Shown piece after piece: positions 31,537 to 39,682 of a stretch of DNA of 41,647 nucleotides; position 1 is the stretch's first letter; every line of letters starts with the position of its first letter. Source of the DNA: a virus. The translations under genes were made by a program, and so were the position numbers. Under the pieces are notes generated by a model that made no database searches, was not told the origin of the DNA, and saw only the letters and a list, made by a program, of their open reading frames with translations. The stretch covers positions 1 through 41,647 of IMG/VR virus record IMGVR_UViG_3300011240_000001; one strand, given 5' to 3'.

Positions 31537-32049
31537 TCAAACCCTTAACTTTTCAACTTGAATAATCAGCTTCCCGCCTTTTTCTGATGGCAACCGCTTC
31601 ACGAGCAATTCATCCACCTGGGAATCATCCAGAATCAACCCACCTTTCGACAAAGCATCAAAGTAAGGCTTAACGATGTTATCGATGTCGCGTATTTTCG
31701 CATCAGGTGGCGCGTATTCGATCTTTACGCGAACTCTGCCCTGATACCCTGCCGGCTCAATAAAACGCTTCATAACGTCAATAAAGTGGATTGCACGCTT
31801 ACTTAATCGATTGGTCTTGTTGGCCCCACGAATCCAATAGTGATTTACCGAAGGAGGTGTGATTAAAACCTCACACCAGAGCAATTCATCATTCATCACA
31901 CCAAATCCTTTCCCTTCGACCAGATGAGCCGGAACCTTTGGCATTGGATCTGGATTGGATTTCTTCTTCCCCGACTTGGCTGTTACACCAAATCGAGGGC
32001 CAATACCGGCTTTTCGTGCCTGCGCTGCGGTGATACGGAGATTAGTCAT
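31537..32049 (-). CDS. rusA: RusA-family Holliday junction resolvase with an N-terminal basic extension
   Basis: ITPPSVNHYW ... IRDIDNIVKPYFDALSKGGLILDDSQV ... KGGKLIIQVEKL aligns by eye with E. coli RusA. The ATG at 32049 lies within the junction GCCAATGACTAA. Confidence 0.8.
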   Translation of the reverse strand: MTNLRITAAQARKAGIGPRFGVTAKSGKKKSNPDPMPKVPAHLVEGKGFGVMNDELLWCEVLITPPSVNHYWIRGANKTNRLSKRAIHFIDVMKRFIEPAGYQGRVRVKIEYAPPDAKIRDIDNIVKPYFDALSKGGLILDDSQVDELLVKRLPSEKGGKLIIQVEKLRV

Positions 32050-32491
32050 TGGCACCCCGCAGAATCTCTTTCACCTCATTATTGAAACGAAGTGCTGCAC
32101 CAAATGTCGGCAACTTCTTTTGAGCTGCTACCGAAATTTTCCGAAGCATGTTTTCAGCAAGGTTTCTTTGCTCAACCAGACTCTTGATACACCGAGATTT
32201 ACCCTGCAACTCCTCAACCTCCTTCTTCTTCTCGATATAACAAGCCTCCATGTTGTTGAGCTGCTCTTTCAGCCCCTCAATCTGCTTCTCATACTTCCGC
32301 AAGTCAGCATCCTGAAGCTTGATTACTTCATCCATTTCCTGAATGGCCGCTTCTTTGGTTTGCTGGCCAGCCAGATATGCGTCATGCATGTTTCTTGTAG
32401 GTTTGTGGGTGTATCGATCACCTTCTTTTTCACACATATCCAAACCAGCAATTGGATAGTTTTCTTCTAGCCACTTTTCAAATTCACTCAT
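32042..32491 (-). CDS. Hypothetical coiled-coil protein
   Basis: 149-codon ORF with an ATGA overlap to its upstream neighbour. Confidence 0.6.
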   Translation of the reverse strand: MSEFEKWLEENYPIAGLDMCEKEGDRYTHKPTRNMHDAYLAGQQTKEAAIQEMDEVIKLQDADLRKYEKQIEGLKEQLNNMEACYIEKKKEVEELQGKSRCIKSLVEQRNLAENMLRKISVAAQKKLPTFGAALRFNNEVKEILRGAND

Positions 32492-32928
32492 CTCTCAATC
32501 ACCACTGTAGTTGGGCTGATATGATTCTTGATATCAGTCACGTAGTCGGCCCCATCATCATCAAACACAGATTGAATTCGCTCTCGAACCTTACTGAAAT
32601 CCCCGATCAGCATTGCGCCACCTTCAATTTTTTCCTGGCTCAGCTCTGCATAGGCAGCCAATTCTTCCGCTTCGCTGCGACCGTAATAGTGATGGTCAAT
32701 TTCAGATTTAAGATCGGTCAGTTTGATTGCCACATCCATCGGATCGCACTTACCCCAATATTCAAGCCACTTTTGATAGCCGTCACTGTATCGAAACCAC
32801 TTACCATCCTCTCTTTGAGCGAAATACATTTCACCATCTGCGCAAGGAACTACTGCGTATGAATGCTCAGGCGCCCCATCCACAATCTGCTTACACTTTT
32901 CCAATCCCAATTTTTCGATTAAATTCAT
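32488..32928 (-). CDS. Hypothetical protein
   Basis: 146-codon ORF with an ATGA overlap to its upstream neighbour. Confidence 0.6.
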   Translation of the reverse strand: MNLIEKLGLEKCKQIVDGAPEHSYAVVPCADGEMYFAQREDGKWFRYSDGYQKWLEYWGKCDPMDVAIKLTDLKSEIDHHYYGRSEAEELAAYAELSQEKIEGGAMLIGDFSKVRERIQSVFDDDGADYVTDIKNHISPTTVVIER

Positions 32929-33188
32929 GCTGCTGCTCCCTGCGCCATATCTTTGATAAATTCTTCTGCATGAAGTGTGAGAGAGAATCCCTTTGGATGT
33001 GCTCCATCACATTTGACCAATCCCCAAAATTCCAGCCGGTTCATGTATCGCTGAACACTGCGAATTGAGATACCCATTTTCGGCTCAATGGAGTCATGAA
33101 TTTGCTGGATCGAAACGCGGCCTCTGGTGGTGGCCAAAGTGCGCATAATCATTAAATTAATGTATGTACGGTCTGCTTCTTTTCTCAC
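32925..33188 (-). CDS. Winged-helix DNA-binding protein (putative)
   Basis: VSIQQIHDSIEPKMGISIRSVQRYMNRLEFWGLV has an HTH-like pattern. Confidence 0.5.
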   Translation of the reverse strand: MRKEADRTYINLMIMRTLATTRGRVSIQQIHDSIEPKMGISIRSVQRYMNRLEFWGLVKCDGAHPKGFSLTLHAEEFIKDMAQGAAA

Positions 33189-34018
33189 GCTGCACCCCCG
33201 AATAAATCACCTTGTTTTTCTGCCTGAGGATTGATCCAAAGTATTTCCTCACGTGTCACACCACCATTAGCACCTGAAGCCTGTGTAAACTTGGTAAGCT
33301 TTTTCCAGCTTTTTAATTTCAAGTCATATAGATCGCTGTGGTACCCACATAAAATCACCTTGCCCTTTAATGAGAGAATGAGATCCAATAGCTGAATATG
33401 CTGCTCATCTGTTAAATCATGGCGATATGCCTTGGTACCAGAATCACGAGTACTGCAGAGGTATGGTGGATCTATAAAAAATAGGGTTTCTGGTGAGTCG
33501 TATTGCTGGATAATTCGCAATGCATCATCATTTTCGATATATACAGACTTAAGTCTTTTAGCTGCCTGAATAAGTCTTAATGGGTATTCATCCCAAAGCT
33601 TAGACTCATAGGGTTTGTCTCTACCGCCAGTTGCCCTAAAGCCTGTTTTACCCTTAGTAGCTCCCGCAGATCCAAAGCCCATCTGTGCACGAATTACTAA
33701 TCTTCTAGCTTTTTCAATTTCACATTCAGTGTGGCCATAAGCATCAACAAATTCATTCCTTGCATATGGGGTTAATTCAAGTTGCTCAATTAACTTCATT
33801 CGCTTTGATTCACACCGAAGCACCTTAAAGAAATTCACCACTTCAGAATCAAGGTCGTTATAAATCTCGGTACCACTCGGCATTTTGCTAAGCAAGATTG
33901 AAGCACCACCACCAAAAGGCTCTACATAGGTTTCATGTTTAGGAAAGTGGCTAATAATCCAATCAGCTAAACGAAACTTTCCACCGTGGTACCGGATAAG
34001 AGGATGATTCATTTTCAC
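33185..34018 (-). CDS. DNA N6-adenine methyltransferase (Dam/D12 class), orphan
   Basis: RYHGGK, EPFGGGASI (motif I) and FFIDPPY (motif IV) are present. No adjacent restriction gene is seen. Confidence 0.85.
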   Translation of the reverse strand: MKMNHPLIRYHGGKFRLADWIISHFPKHETYVEPFGGGASILLSKMPSGTEIYNDLDSEVVNFFKVLRCESKRMKLIEQLELTPYARNEFVDAYGHTECEIEKARRLVIRAQMGFGSAGATKGKTGFRATGGRDKPYESKLWDEYPLRLIQAAKRLKSVYIENDDALRIIQQYDSPETLFFIDPPYLCSTRDSGTKAYRHDLTDEQHIQLLDLILSLKGKVILCGYHSDLYDLKLKSWKKLTKFTQASGANGGVTREEILWINPQAEKQGDLFGGAA

Positions 34019-34614
34019 GCCGCACCCCCTGCGCTTTTACCAACACGCTTAACCATCGCAGCCAATTCAGGCGGACACGGCACACCAGCTCTCGGTGCAT
34101 AGTTATGACCAATCGCTTTAACTTCCGGCTTTTTCCAAAACTCCTGGGTACGCCCTTGATCTTTCGCTTTTTGCAGATAGTCCTCGTAAATGTCCTTAAA
34201 TGCTCTGTGAGCCGCTTTTTGCCCCTCCACATCCAAGATATGGCGAACTTCATCTAAAGCGCATTTAGCAAGAGCTGTGATCGGTTTTGATGGGTCTGCT
34301 TCAAAGTTCATTGCTTTTGCCCAAGCCTGATCAGCAGTCCACCAGTCAGCCGCAATACACCAGCTACGGAATTCTGGTAGCGATGGACACCATTTCTCAG
34401 TTAACATGCGATCCAAACCGCGCTTAATATCTTTAGGCGTAAGACCATTCAAAACAGTGCAAGTGGTTTGCTGTAATTGAACTGGATCAATGGATCCAAA
34501 CTTCTTGTCAAACTCAGCACCGTAAAGTTGCTGTATACGACCCAATACCTGATCCGCCACTTCAACTGGAAAATCCACAGCGAAGGCATTTTGAAATAAC
34601 TGAATACTGTTCAT
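34015..34614 (-). CDS. Replication protein P-like (helicase loader)
   Basis: WCPSLPEFRSWC parallels lambda P PFLPSPGQFVAWC. TAATG overlap with the O-like gene. Confidence 0.65.
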   Translation of the reverse strand: MNSIQLFQNAFAVDFPVEVADQVLGRIQQLYGAEFDKKFGSIDPVQLQQTTCTVLNGLTPKDIKRGLDRMLTEKWCPSLPEFRSWCIAADWWTADQAWAKAMNFEADPSKPITALAKCALDEVRHILDVEGQKAAHRAFKDIYEDYLQKAKDQGRTQEFWKKPEVKAIGHNYAPRAGVPCPPELAAMVKRVGKSAGGAA

Positions 34615-35348
34615 TAGTTCACATCCTTCATTTGTGGCTGAGCAAAGCCTTGTCCAAAGCGATGAGGTTTGTTTTGTTGAGCAGGTTGGTTTTGAGTTTT
34701 CACCCACTCCGCCTTAAATCCCTTCCACGAGTTCACAACACAGTGTTCAAGGACCTGATTTAAAGTGAGACCAGATTTTTGTTGTTCAGAGATAAGAGAC
34801 TTGAATGCTGTTTCTGAATTAACAGCTTTCTTCGCTTTGCGAACTTCCATGTATTCAGAGATAAGCTTTTGGTCTGCTCCTTGAGAAACCAGAGCGTTAG
34901 CAAAGTTGAATTTCTCCTTATATATATTTGCTTTTGTAATAGTTGTTTTTGAGTTGTTATTGTGGGTCGATATTTCCGACTGCGTGCCGTCGATATTTCC
35001 GACTCCCCCGTCGATATTTCCGCCTGCGGTTTTTCCGCAGTCGATATTTCCGACTGCAAAAATACTGTCAGTTAAAACATATTTTGCAGGTTGGTTTGCG
35101 AAGGATTTGCGCTCAATAACACCCATTTCAACAAGCTTGTCCACACCAGATAAAACCGCATCCCTACCATACCCAGTGCCACTAACAAGTTGAGACAAAC
35201 TGATACTGTCGTCAGCCTTATTCCACCCACGAGTTTTACGGACAATGAAGATATAACAAGCCAATGCTGGGCCTTTCATAAGAGCCATATAACCTTTGTC
35301 GATCAGGTCATTAGGGAGCATGAAGGCGTTAGAGATAAAACTACTCAT
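34614..35348 (-). CDS. Replication initiator, lambda O-like, containing the origin iterons
   Basis: ACYIFIVRKTRGWNKADDSISLSQL parallels lambda O LLAILRKTYGWNKPMDRITDSQL. The gene has internal iterons and an AT-rich tract. Confidence 0.8.
   Translation of the reverse strand: MSSFISNAFMLPNDLIDKGYMALMKGPALACYIFIVRKTRGWNKADDSISLSQLVSGTGYGRDAVLSGVDKLVEMGVIERKSFANQPAKYVLTDSIFAVGNIDCGKTAGGNIDGGVGNIDGTQSEISTHNNNSKTTITKANIYKEKFNFANALVSQGADQKLISEYMEVRKAKKAVNSETAFKSLISEQQKSGLTLNQVLEHCVVNSWKGFKAEWVKTQNQPAQQNKPHRFGQGFAQPQMKDVN
34966..35054. repeat. Origin iterons: four copies of GTCGATATTTCCG(A/C)C
   Basis: Copies at 34966-34980, 34989-35003, 35010-35024 and 35040-35054. The palindrome CTGCGGTTTTTCCGCAG lies between copies 3 and 4, and an AT-rich tract lies at 34905-34965. 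Confidence 0.85.
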
Positions 35349-35686
35349 GCTGCACCTCCGCTCAACCAGTGGCACTCAATCTCAAAGTCTTCAAAATCTT
35401 TAAACAGGGTTTTAGCAAATGTGGTTTTCAGATACGGTGAAATACCATCGACCCATGTTTTATTATTCTTCAGGTTCAAAGCATTAGTAACCTTAAGAAA
35501 CTCCTGCTCCCACTTATCAAAATCAATATGCTTCTCGGTAAAGAATTTTTTCTGCTCATCACTCAGCATATTTTTTTTGATTAATTCAATAAAGCGCTCA
35601 AACTGCCCTAATCGAAATACACCAAGAATCTCAACCCAATCAATTTCATAATCACCATGTGTGACTAGAATGGTAAAAATTTTCAT
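35345..35686 (-). CDS. Hypothetical protein
   Basis: 113-codon ORF with ATGA overlaps at both ends. Confidence 0.6.
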   Translation of the reverse strand: MKIFTILVTHGDYEIDWVEILGVFRLGQFERFIELIKKNMLSDEQKKFFTEKHIDFDKWEQEFLKVTNALNLKNNKTWVDGISPYLKTTFAKTLFKDFEDFEIECHWLSGGAA

Positions 35687-36366
35687 GCCACCACCCCCTC
35701 ACTCACAAGCTGCTCAATTACCCACTGTTCACCTTTGTTGGTGAATTTGGATTGTGGGTAGCCTTGTTCTGTTTGCTTGACTTCGCCATAACCTTTGTCG
35801 ATAAACCACTGGGCAAAGGTGCGCCCAGCGATACGACGGTCATAAACGCCCATATCAGCAAGGTATTGATTGAGTTTTACGGCCGACATGCCGACCTTTT
35901 TACCCACCTGAGAGGCATTTAAAAGATTTTTAGTGTCGGCAACACGGTCAAAGTACTGAACTTTAGGTGCTGCAAGCTCTAATTGACGCGCCTGATCTGC
36001 TGCCAGCTGAAGGGCTTCTGCAAAAGTTTGGGGAAGTTGTACAGCGTTTTGGTTTTCTAGTTCATACCAGCGCTTTACCAGTGCTGCGGTAAACTCTGGG
36101 CAGAGTTGAGCGACCACAGTGATTGAATCTAATTTGCCTTGTTCGCCAGAGAAAACATAAACCTCAACATCGTAAATTCGGTTATTAGCCTCCTTTTGCA
36201 CAACCACACTGTGTGGGCATGCTATTACAGCTTCACGTTTTTCTGTTTTGGCAGACAAAATCTCGATAGTGCGCTTAACACTGTCATGACGTTTTTGACA
36301 AAGCTCTGAAATATCAAGGCTTGTCATGCTCTGTTGATTATGATTAAATTGTGTCATCATATTCAT
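35683..36366 (-). CDS. Antirepressor: Rha N-terminal domain plus KilAC/ANT C-terminal domain
   Basis: SLDISELCQKRHDSVKRTIEIL is Rha-like. The C-terminal segment QVGKKVGMSAVKLNQYLADMGVY...FTNKGEQWV is KilAC-like. Confidence 0.75.
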   Translation of the reverse strand: MNMMTQFNHNQQSMTSLDISELCQKRHDSVKRTIEILSAKTEKREAVIACPHSVVVQKEANNRIYDVEVYVFSGEQGKLDSITVVAQLCPEFTAALVKRWYELENQNAVQLPQTFAEALQLAADQARQLELAAPKVQYFDRVADTKNLLNASQVGKKVGMSAVKLNQYLADMGVYDRRIAGRTFAQWFIDKGYGEVKQTEQGYPQSKFTNKGEQWVIEQLVSEGVVA

Positions 36367-36391
36367 GTTTGAATCTCCTAGGATTTAGACA

Positions 36392-36423
36392 CAAAAGCCC
36401 TAGCTATTTGCGGTAGCTGGGGC
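36392..36423 (-). terminator. tR1-like terminator overlapping the cro-like stop codon
   Basis: Minus-strand GCCCCAGCUA-CCGCAAA-UAGCUAGGGC (one mismatch) followed by UUUUGUGU. Confidence 0.6.
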
Positions 36424-36618
36424 TTTCTCGTTTCTGGTGGTTTCAACTTCATGGATTACACAAAGAGAAATAAGCTTCTGCCCTGTTTCATAATCCACAT
36501 TCTTTCGCTGACCAGATGACAGCAAAGAAATAAACGGCTGAGAACAGCCAGCCAAAGCCGCTAATTCCTTTTGGGTCATCTTTTCCAACAGTTGATTAAT
36601 AATCGATTCCCAATTCAT
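36400..36618 (-). CDS. cro: Cro-like HTH regulator
   Basis: MTQKELAALAGCSQPFISLLSSGQRK is an HTH. The protein is small and the gene is divergent from the repressor gene. Confidence 0.75.
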   Translation of the reverse strand: MNWESIINQLLEKMTQKELAALAGCSQPFISLLSSGQRKNVDYETGQKLISLCVIHEVETTRNEKAPATANS

Positions 36619-36631
36619 AGAACGACCTTCC

Positions 36632-36693
36632 TTATAACTTAGGTTATAATTTATAACTTTTGTTTTGACAAGTCAATAATCCATGTTATTTTA
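36632..36693. promoter_or_regulatory. Right operator/promoter region with divergent, overlapping promoters
   Basis: Operator TTATAAC-TTAG-GTTATAA at 36632-36649 and a weaker site TTATAAC-TTTT-GTTTTGA at 36651-36668. TTGACA (36665-36670, plus strand) abuts AGTCAA (TTGACT on the minus strand). Candidate -10 elements are TATTTT (36687-36692, plus) and TAAATT (36653-36648, minus). Confidence 0.6.
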
Positions 36694-36729
36694 AATTACG
36701 TTAAATTATTACACAGGTAATTATTTGTT

Positions 36730-37452
36730 ATGAGTCTTCTTATGGTTGGTTTAACTTGTGGTGATCGTGTTAGAGAAGCGCGCACTAGATTGGGATTGTC
36801 ACAATCGGCACTAGCTAAAAAGTCAGAGGTGTCGCAAGCCGCTATCTCTAAAATTGAGAATAATGAGACTGATAACTCAAAATATATTGCTCAGGTAGCG
36901 AAGGCTTTAAATACCTCAGTGGATTACCTGATCTATGGGAAAGAATATATAAAGAAACAATCTGGAAGCCTTAATGACTTTGTTATAGTCGGTGGTGAAA
37001 ATCCAGGTGAAAAGCCAAGCGTTGATGAATATGTCCTTGTTCCTCAATTTGATATTTATGGCTCATGTGGTGGCGGTTCTATCATAGATAGCGTGGAAGT
37101 TAAGGGTGGTCTGGTATTTAGCCGACAGTGGATCAGAGAGCAAGGCTTGCCTAACCCAGACGATCTGCGTGTAATCTATGCGAAAGGCGAAAGTATGTAC
37201 CCTTCTATTGAGGATGGTCAGGTGCTTTTAGTTAATCCTCATGACAACATACCGAAATCGAATAAGGTTTATTTCCTATGTATTGATGAGCAATATTATG
37301 TGAAGCGCCTTATTAATATGGTGACGCACTGGGTAATCAGATCGGACAATCCAGACAAGGTTCAGTATCCAGACATCATACTTTCACTAGAAGAAATTAA
37401 AGAAAAAATAGAAATTGAGGGTCGCATCTGCTGGAAAGGCGGATCAATGTAA
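36730..37452 (+). CDS. cI: CI-like repressor: XRE HTH plus S24 (LexA-like) autopeptidase domain
   Basis: LGLSQSALAKKSEVSQAAISKIENN is an HTH. GESMYPSI supplies the catalytic Ser and YYVKRL the Lys. Confidence 0.9.
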   Translation: MSLLMVGLTCGDRVREARTRLGLSQSALAKKSEVSQAAISKIENNETDNSKYIAQVAKALNTSVDYLIYGKEYIKKQSGSLNDFVIVGGENPGEKPSVDEYVLVPQFDIYGSCGGGSIIDSVEVKGGLVFSRQWIREQGLPNPDDLRVIYAKGESMYPSIEDGQVLLVNPHDNIPKSNKVYFLCIDEQYYVKRLINMVTHWVIRSDNPDKVQYPDIILSLEEIKEKIEIEGRICWKGGSM

Positions 37453-37466
37453 ACACCTTAAATTAT

Positions 37467-37493
37467 AAAGGCGCTCATGTAGCGCCTTTTTTA
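37467..37493 (+). terminator. Rho-independent terminator after the repressor gene
   Basis: AAAGGCGCT-CATGT-AGCGCCTTT followed by TTTT. Confidence 0.8.
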
Positions 37494-37502
37494 TTACAAC
37501 TG

Positions 37503-37568
37503 TTATAACAAATATTATAAATAATATTCTCTATGTTATTGACACTTCTTTATAACTTAAGTTATATT
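37503..37568 (+). promoter_or_regulatory. Left operator/promoter region (PL-like)
   Basis: TTGACA at 37539-37544, a 17/18-nt spacer, then TTATAT/TATATT at 37562-37568. Operator TTATAAC-TTAA-GTTATAT lies at 37550-37567 and a second site TTATAAC-AAAT-ATTATAA at 37503-37520. A separate palindrome AATATTAT-AA-ATAATATT lies at 37511-37528. Confidence 0.65.
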
Positions 37569-37619
37569 AATTTCATCGAAACAAAGAAAAGCCCCAACGT
37601 AGCTGGAACTACTTGAGGC

Positions 37620-38006
37620 ATGACCCACAACCAACCTGTGAGTGAGATAAGTATGACAACTAAATTCAATATTCTCAAGTCTGCATTCATTGCAGCATCA
37701 ATCAGCGCGGGGATAGCAGTAGCTTACGCTTTCCAACCAGCTAAAACTGCTGATGAATTAGCAGATCCGCAAATCAATATCGCTGCAAAGCAATACGAAG
37801 TTCAAAGCGTGAATTGCAATCAGATCTGTGTTGCTACTGTCAAAGCTGATGATTACAGCATCTATGTCGAGTATGCACTGGATGATGGCTCAGTCGAGTT
37901 CCTAGACATTCTCAATGTCGTACGTCATGAGGAAGCGGTTAATGCCTATGTTGATCGTTATGAGATTGAAAAGATTAATACTGCGATTGCTGGGGGTGTG
38001 AAGTGA
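37620..38006 (+). CDS. Exported or membrane-anchored protein of unknown function
   Basis: A signal-like segment FNILKSAFIAASISAGIAVAYA follows the alternative start at ATG 37653. This is the first gene of the PL-like operon. Confidence 0.6.
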   Translation: MTHNQPVSEISMTTKFNILKSAFIAASISAGIAVAYAFQPAKTADELADPQINIAAKQYEVQSVNCNQICVATVKADDYSIYVEYALDDGSVEFLDILNVVRHEEAVNAYVDRYEIEKINTAIAGGVK

Positions 38007-38338
38007 GCTTCGAATATATCAACAAATCCTATGGCGTAAATGCTTGTGTTGGCCGTCGAGTGATTATTGATGGTGAGCCTGGAGTTATTGTTGGCACTCA
38101 TGGCGCTTACATTGTTGTGAATCCTGATCATTTAAAACCTTACCAGACAGCTAATTACCATCCAACATGGCGTGTTGAATATCAAGGTATAGGCAAGGTT
38201 CGCAAAATGACTGCAGGTCAAAAGCGCTATCAAGAATACCTTGATGCGGATACTTGTTGCACGTTCGCGGAATGGCTTGGTGTGGATAAAGCATCAAAAG
38301 AACGTCGTGAACAATATAAGAACTGGGGGCTTGCATGA
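38003..38338 (+). CDS. Hypothetical protein
   Basis: GTGA overlap with the upstream gene; 111 codons. Confidence 0.6.
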   Translation: MSFEYINKSYGVNACVGRRVIIDGEPGVIVGTHGAYIVVNPDHLKPYQTANYHPTWRVEYQGIGKVRKMTAGQKRYQEYLDADTCCTFAEWLGVDKASKERREQYKNWGLA

Positions 38339-38841
38339 ACACTTACGCTCAATTCTGTGGATGTGGTGCGGCAATGCGTCCTATCAACCACATCGGCAAC
38401 CAGTCTTTATTCCTGTGCCGTGATGGTCATAGCACCCGAGTAACTGACTGCAAGGTAAATGAAGATTTCACCCGTGATTTGTACTTTTCAGACCTGCCGA
38501 GCTTTCAGGTGGATCTGGATATTTCGATTGAAGATAACGTGCTGACGTTTGGTTTATATCGCCAGATTGGTGAAAACCTGTGGGCAACGGCTGATTGTTC
38601 AATGGTTGTATTACCTCACACGATGACGCAAATGCGTAGCTCGAATGGTGATATGCGATATGCCGAGCCAGTAGATATTGATTCTTGGCTGGTGGTGAAG
38701 GATACGCCTGTGACCTTGCTGGATGTTTGGAACTTTGAAGCTGAGGAAGGTCAGACATTTGCGCTGACGGATGAGCAGATTAAAGAATTACAGCGTCTTG
38801 TGAATGAGTACGCGGAACAACTATTTGAAGAGGTGGTTTGA
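38335..38841 (+). CDS. Hypothetical protein with an N-terminal Cys/His cluster
   Basis: ATGA overlap with the upstream gene. The N-terminus FCGCG...LCRDGH could bind metal. Confidence 0.6.
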   Translation: MNTYAQFCGCGAAMRPINHIGNQSLFLCRDGHSTRVTDCKVNEDFTRDLYFSDLPSFQVDLDISIEDNVLTFGLYRQIGENLWATADCSMVVLPHTMTQMRSSNGDMRYAEPVDIDSWLVVKDTPVTLLDVWNFEAEEGQTFALTDEQIKELQRLVNEYAEQLFEEVV

Positions 38842-38842
38842 G

Positions 38843-39682
38843 ATGAATGCACCAGTACAACATGCGCCAGCGCTGCCAGTAAATGCGCAAACATCGAATC
38901 TTGTTTTAGATCCAGCTGCAATGCAAAACATGGTCGCCTTTGCTGACTTCATGTGTAAGGCCGTTATCACTGTACCAAAGCACCTGCAAGGCAATTCAGG
39001 TGACTGCTTGGCGGTAACCATGCAGGCCATGCAATGGGGCATGAACCCGTTTGCTGTGGCTCAAAAAACTCACTTGGTAAATGGTAATCTGGGTTATGAA
39101 GCTCAACTTGTAAATGCAGTAATCATTGCCAAAGCCCCTATTGTTGGTCGTCCTAATTTTGATTGGTATGGCGACTGGTCGAAGGTAAATGGCAAAGAAT
39201 GTAAAGCACATGATATTGGTGTTCGGGTTTGGGTGACCATCAAAGGTGAATCAGAGCCACGTGTACTTGATGTTTCGTTTGCTCAGGTTGGTACTGTGCG
39301 CAATTCACCTTTATGGGTGAACGATCCGAAGCAGCAAATCGCATATTTGGCAACTAAGAAGCTGGCCCGACTGCACTTCCCTGATGTGATTCTGGGCGTG
39401 TATACGGAAGATGAGTTACTGGATCACGCGCCAATGATGGATGTAAGTCCTGCTGAAAATAATGCTGATTACCTGGCTTTTGAGGCCGAGCATTTACCTA
39501 GCTTCCAGAATGAAGCGCAGTATGGATCTGAGCGATTGCAAGCGGTGTATGCAAGCCTACCTAAGAGTGAACATAAACGTATTTTCTGGACCACTCATTC
39601 AGTTGCTTTAAAACAAGTTGCTGAACTTGCAGATCAAGCCTTATCACGCCAAGGAGAAACCTATGACCATTCACCAGCGTAG
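38843..39682 (+). CDS. recT: RecT-family single-strand annealing recombinase
   Basis: SD GAAGAGGTGG lies before ATG 38843. GDCLAVTMQAMQWGMNPFAVAQKTHLVNGNLGYEAQL is RecT-like. The gene is paired with a YqaJ-type exonuclease. Confidence 0.7.
   Translation: MNAPVQHAPALPVNAQTSNLVLDPAAMQNMVAFADFMCKAVITVPKHLQGNSGDCLAVTMQAMQWGMNPFAVAQKTHLVNGNLGYEAQLVNAVIIAKAPIVGRPNFDWYGDWSKVNGKECKAHDIGVRVWVTIKGESEPRVLDVSFAQVGTVRNSPLWVNDPKQQIAYLATKKLARLHFPDVILGVYTEDELLDHAPMMDVSPAENNADYLAFEAEHLPSFQNEAQYGSERLQAVYASLPKSEHKRIFWTTHSVALKQVAELADQALSRQGETYDHSPA

Noticed and set aside
135-32928. Shared N-terminus M(S/N)LIE(Q/K)LG in the products of 135-446 and 32488-32928, suggesting paralogy.
   Set aside because: The similarity is limited to about 8 residues and the rest of the proteins do not align by eye. 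That is too short to support homology.
34966-35054. Regularly spaced 15-bp direct repeats that could be mistaken for a mini-CRISPR array.
   Set aside because: The spacers are only 6-15 bp and the repeats lie in frame inside the O-like initiator gene next to an AT-rich tract. That is the standard lambdoid ori iteron arrangement.
31955-35651. Plus-strand ORFs (31955-32470, 32452-32862, 32727-33068, 34906-35193, 35190-35651) antisense to the early genes.
   Set aside because: They are mirror-frame ORFs over minus-strand genes that have recognisable motifs (RusA, Dam, O-like). Their translations are Leu/Phe/Ser-rich and carry no motifs.
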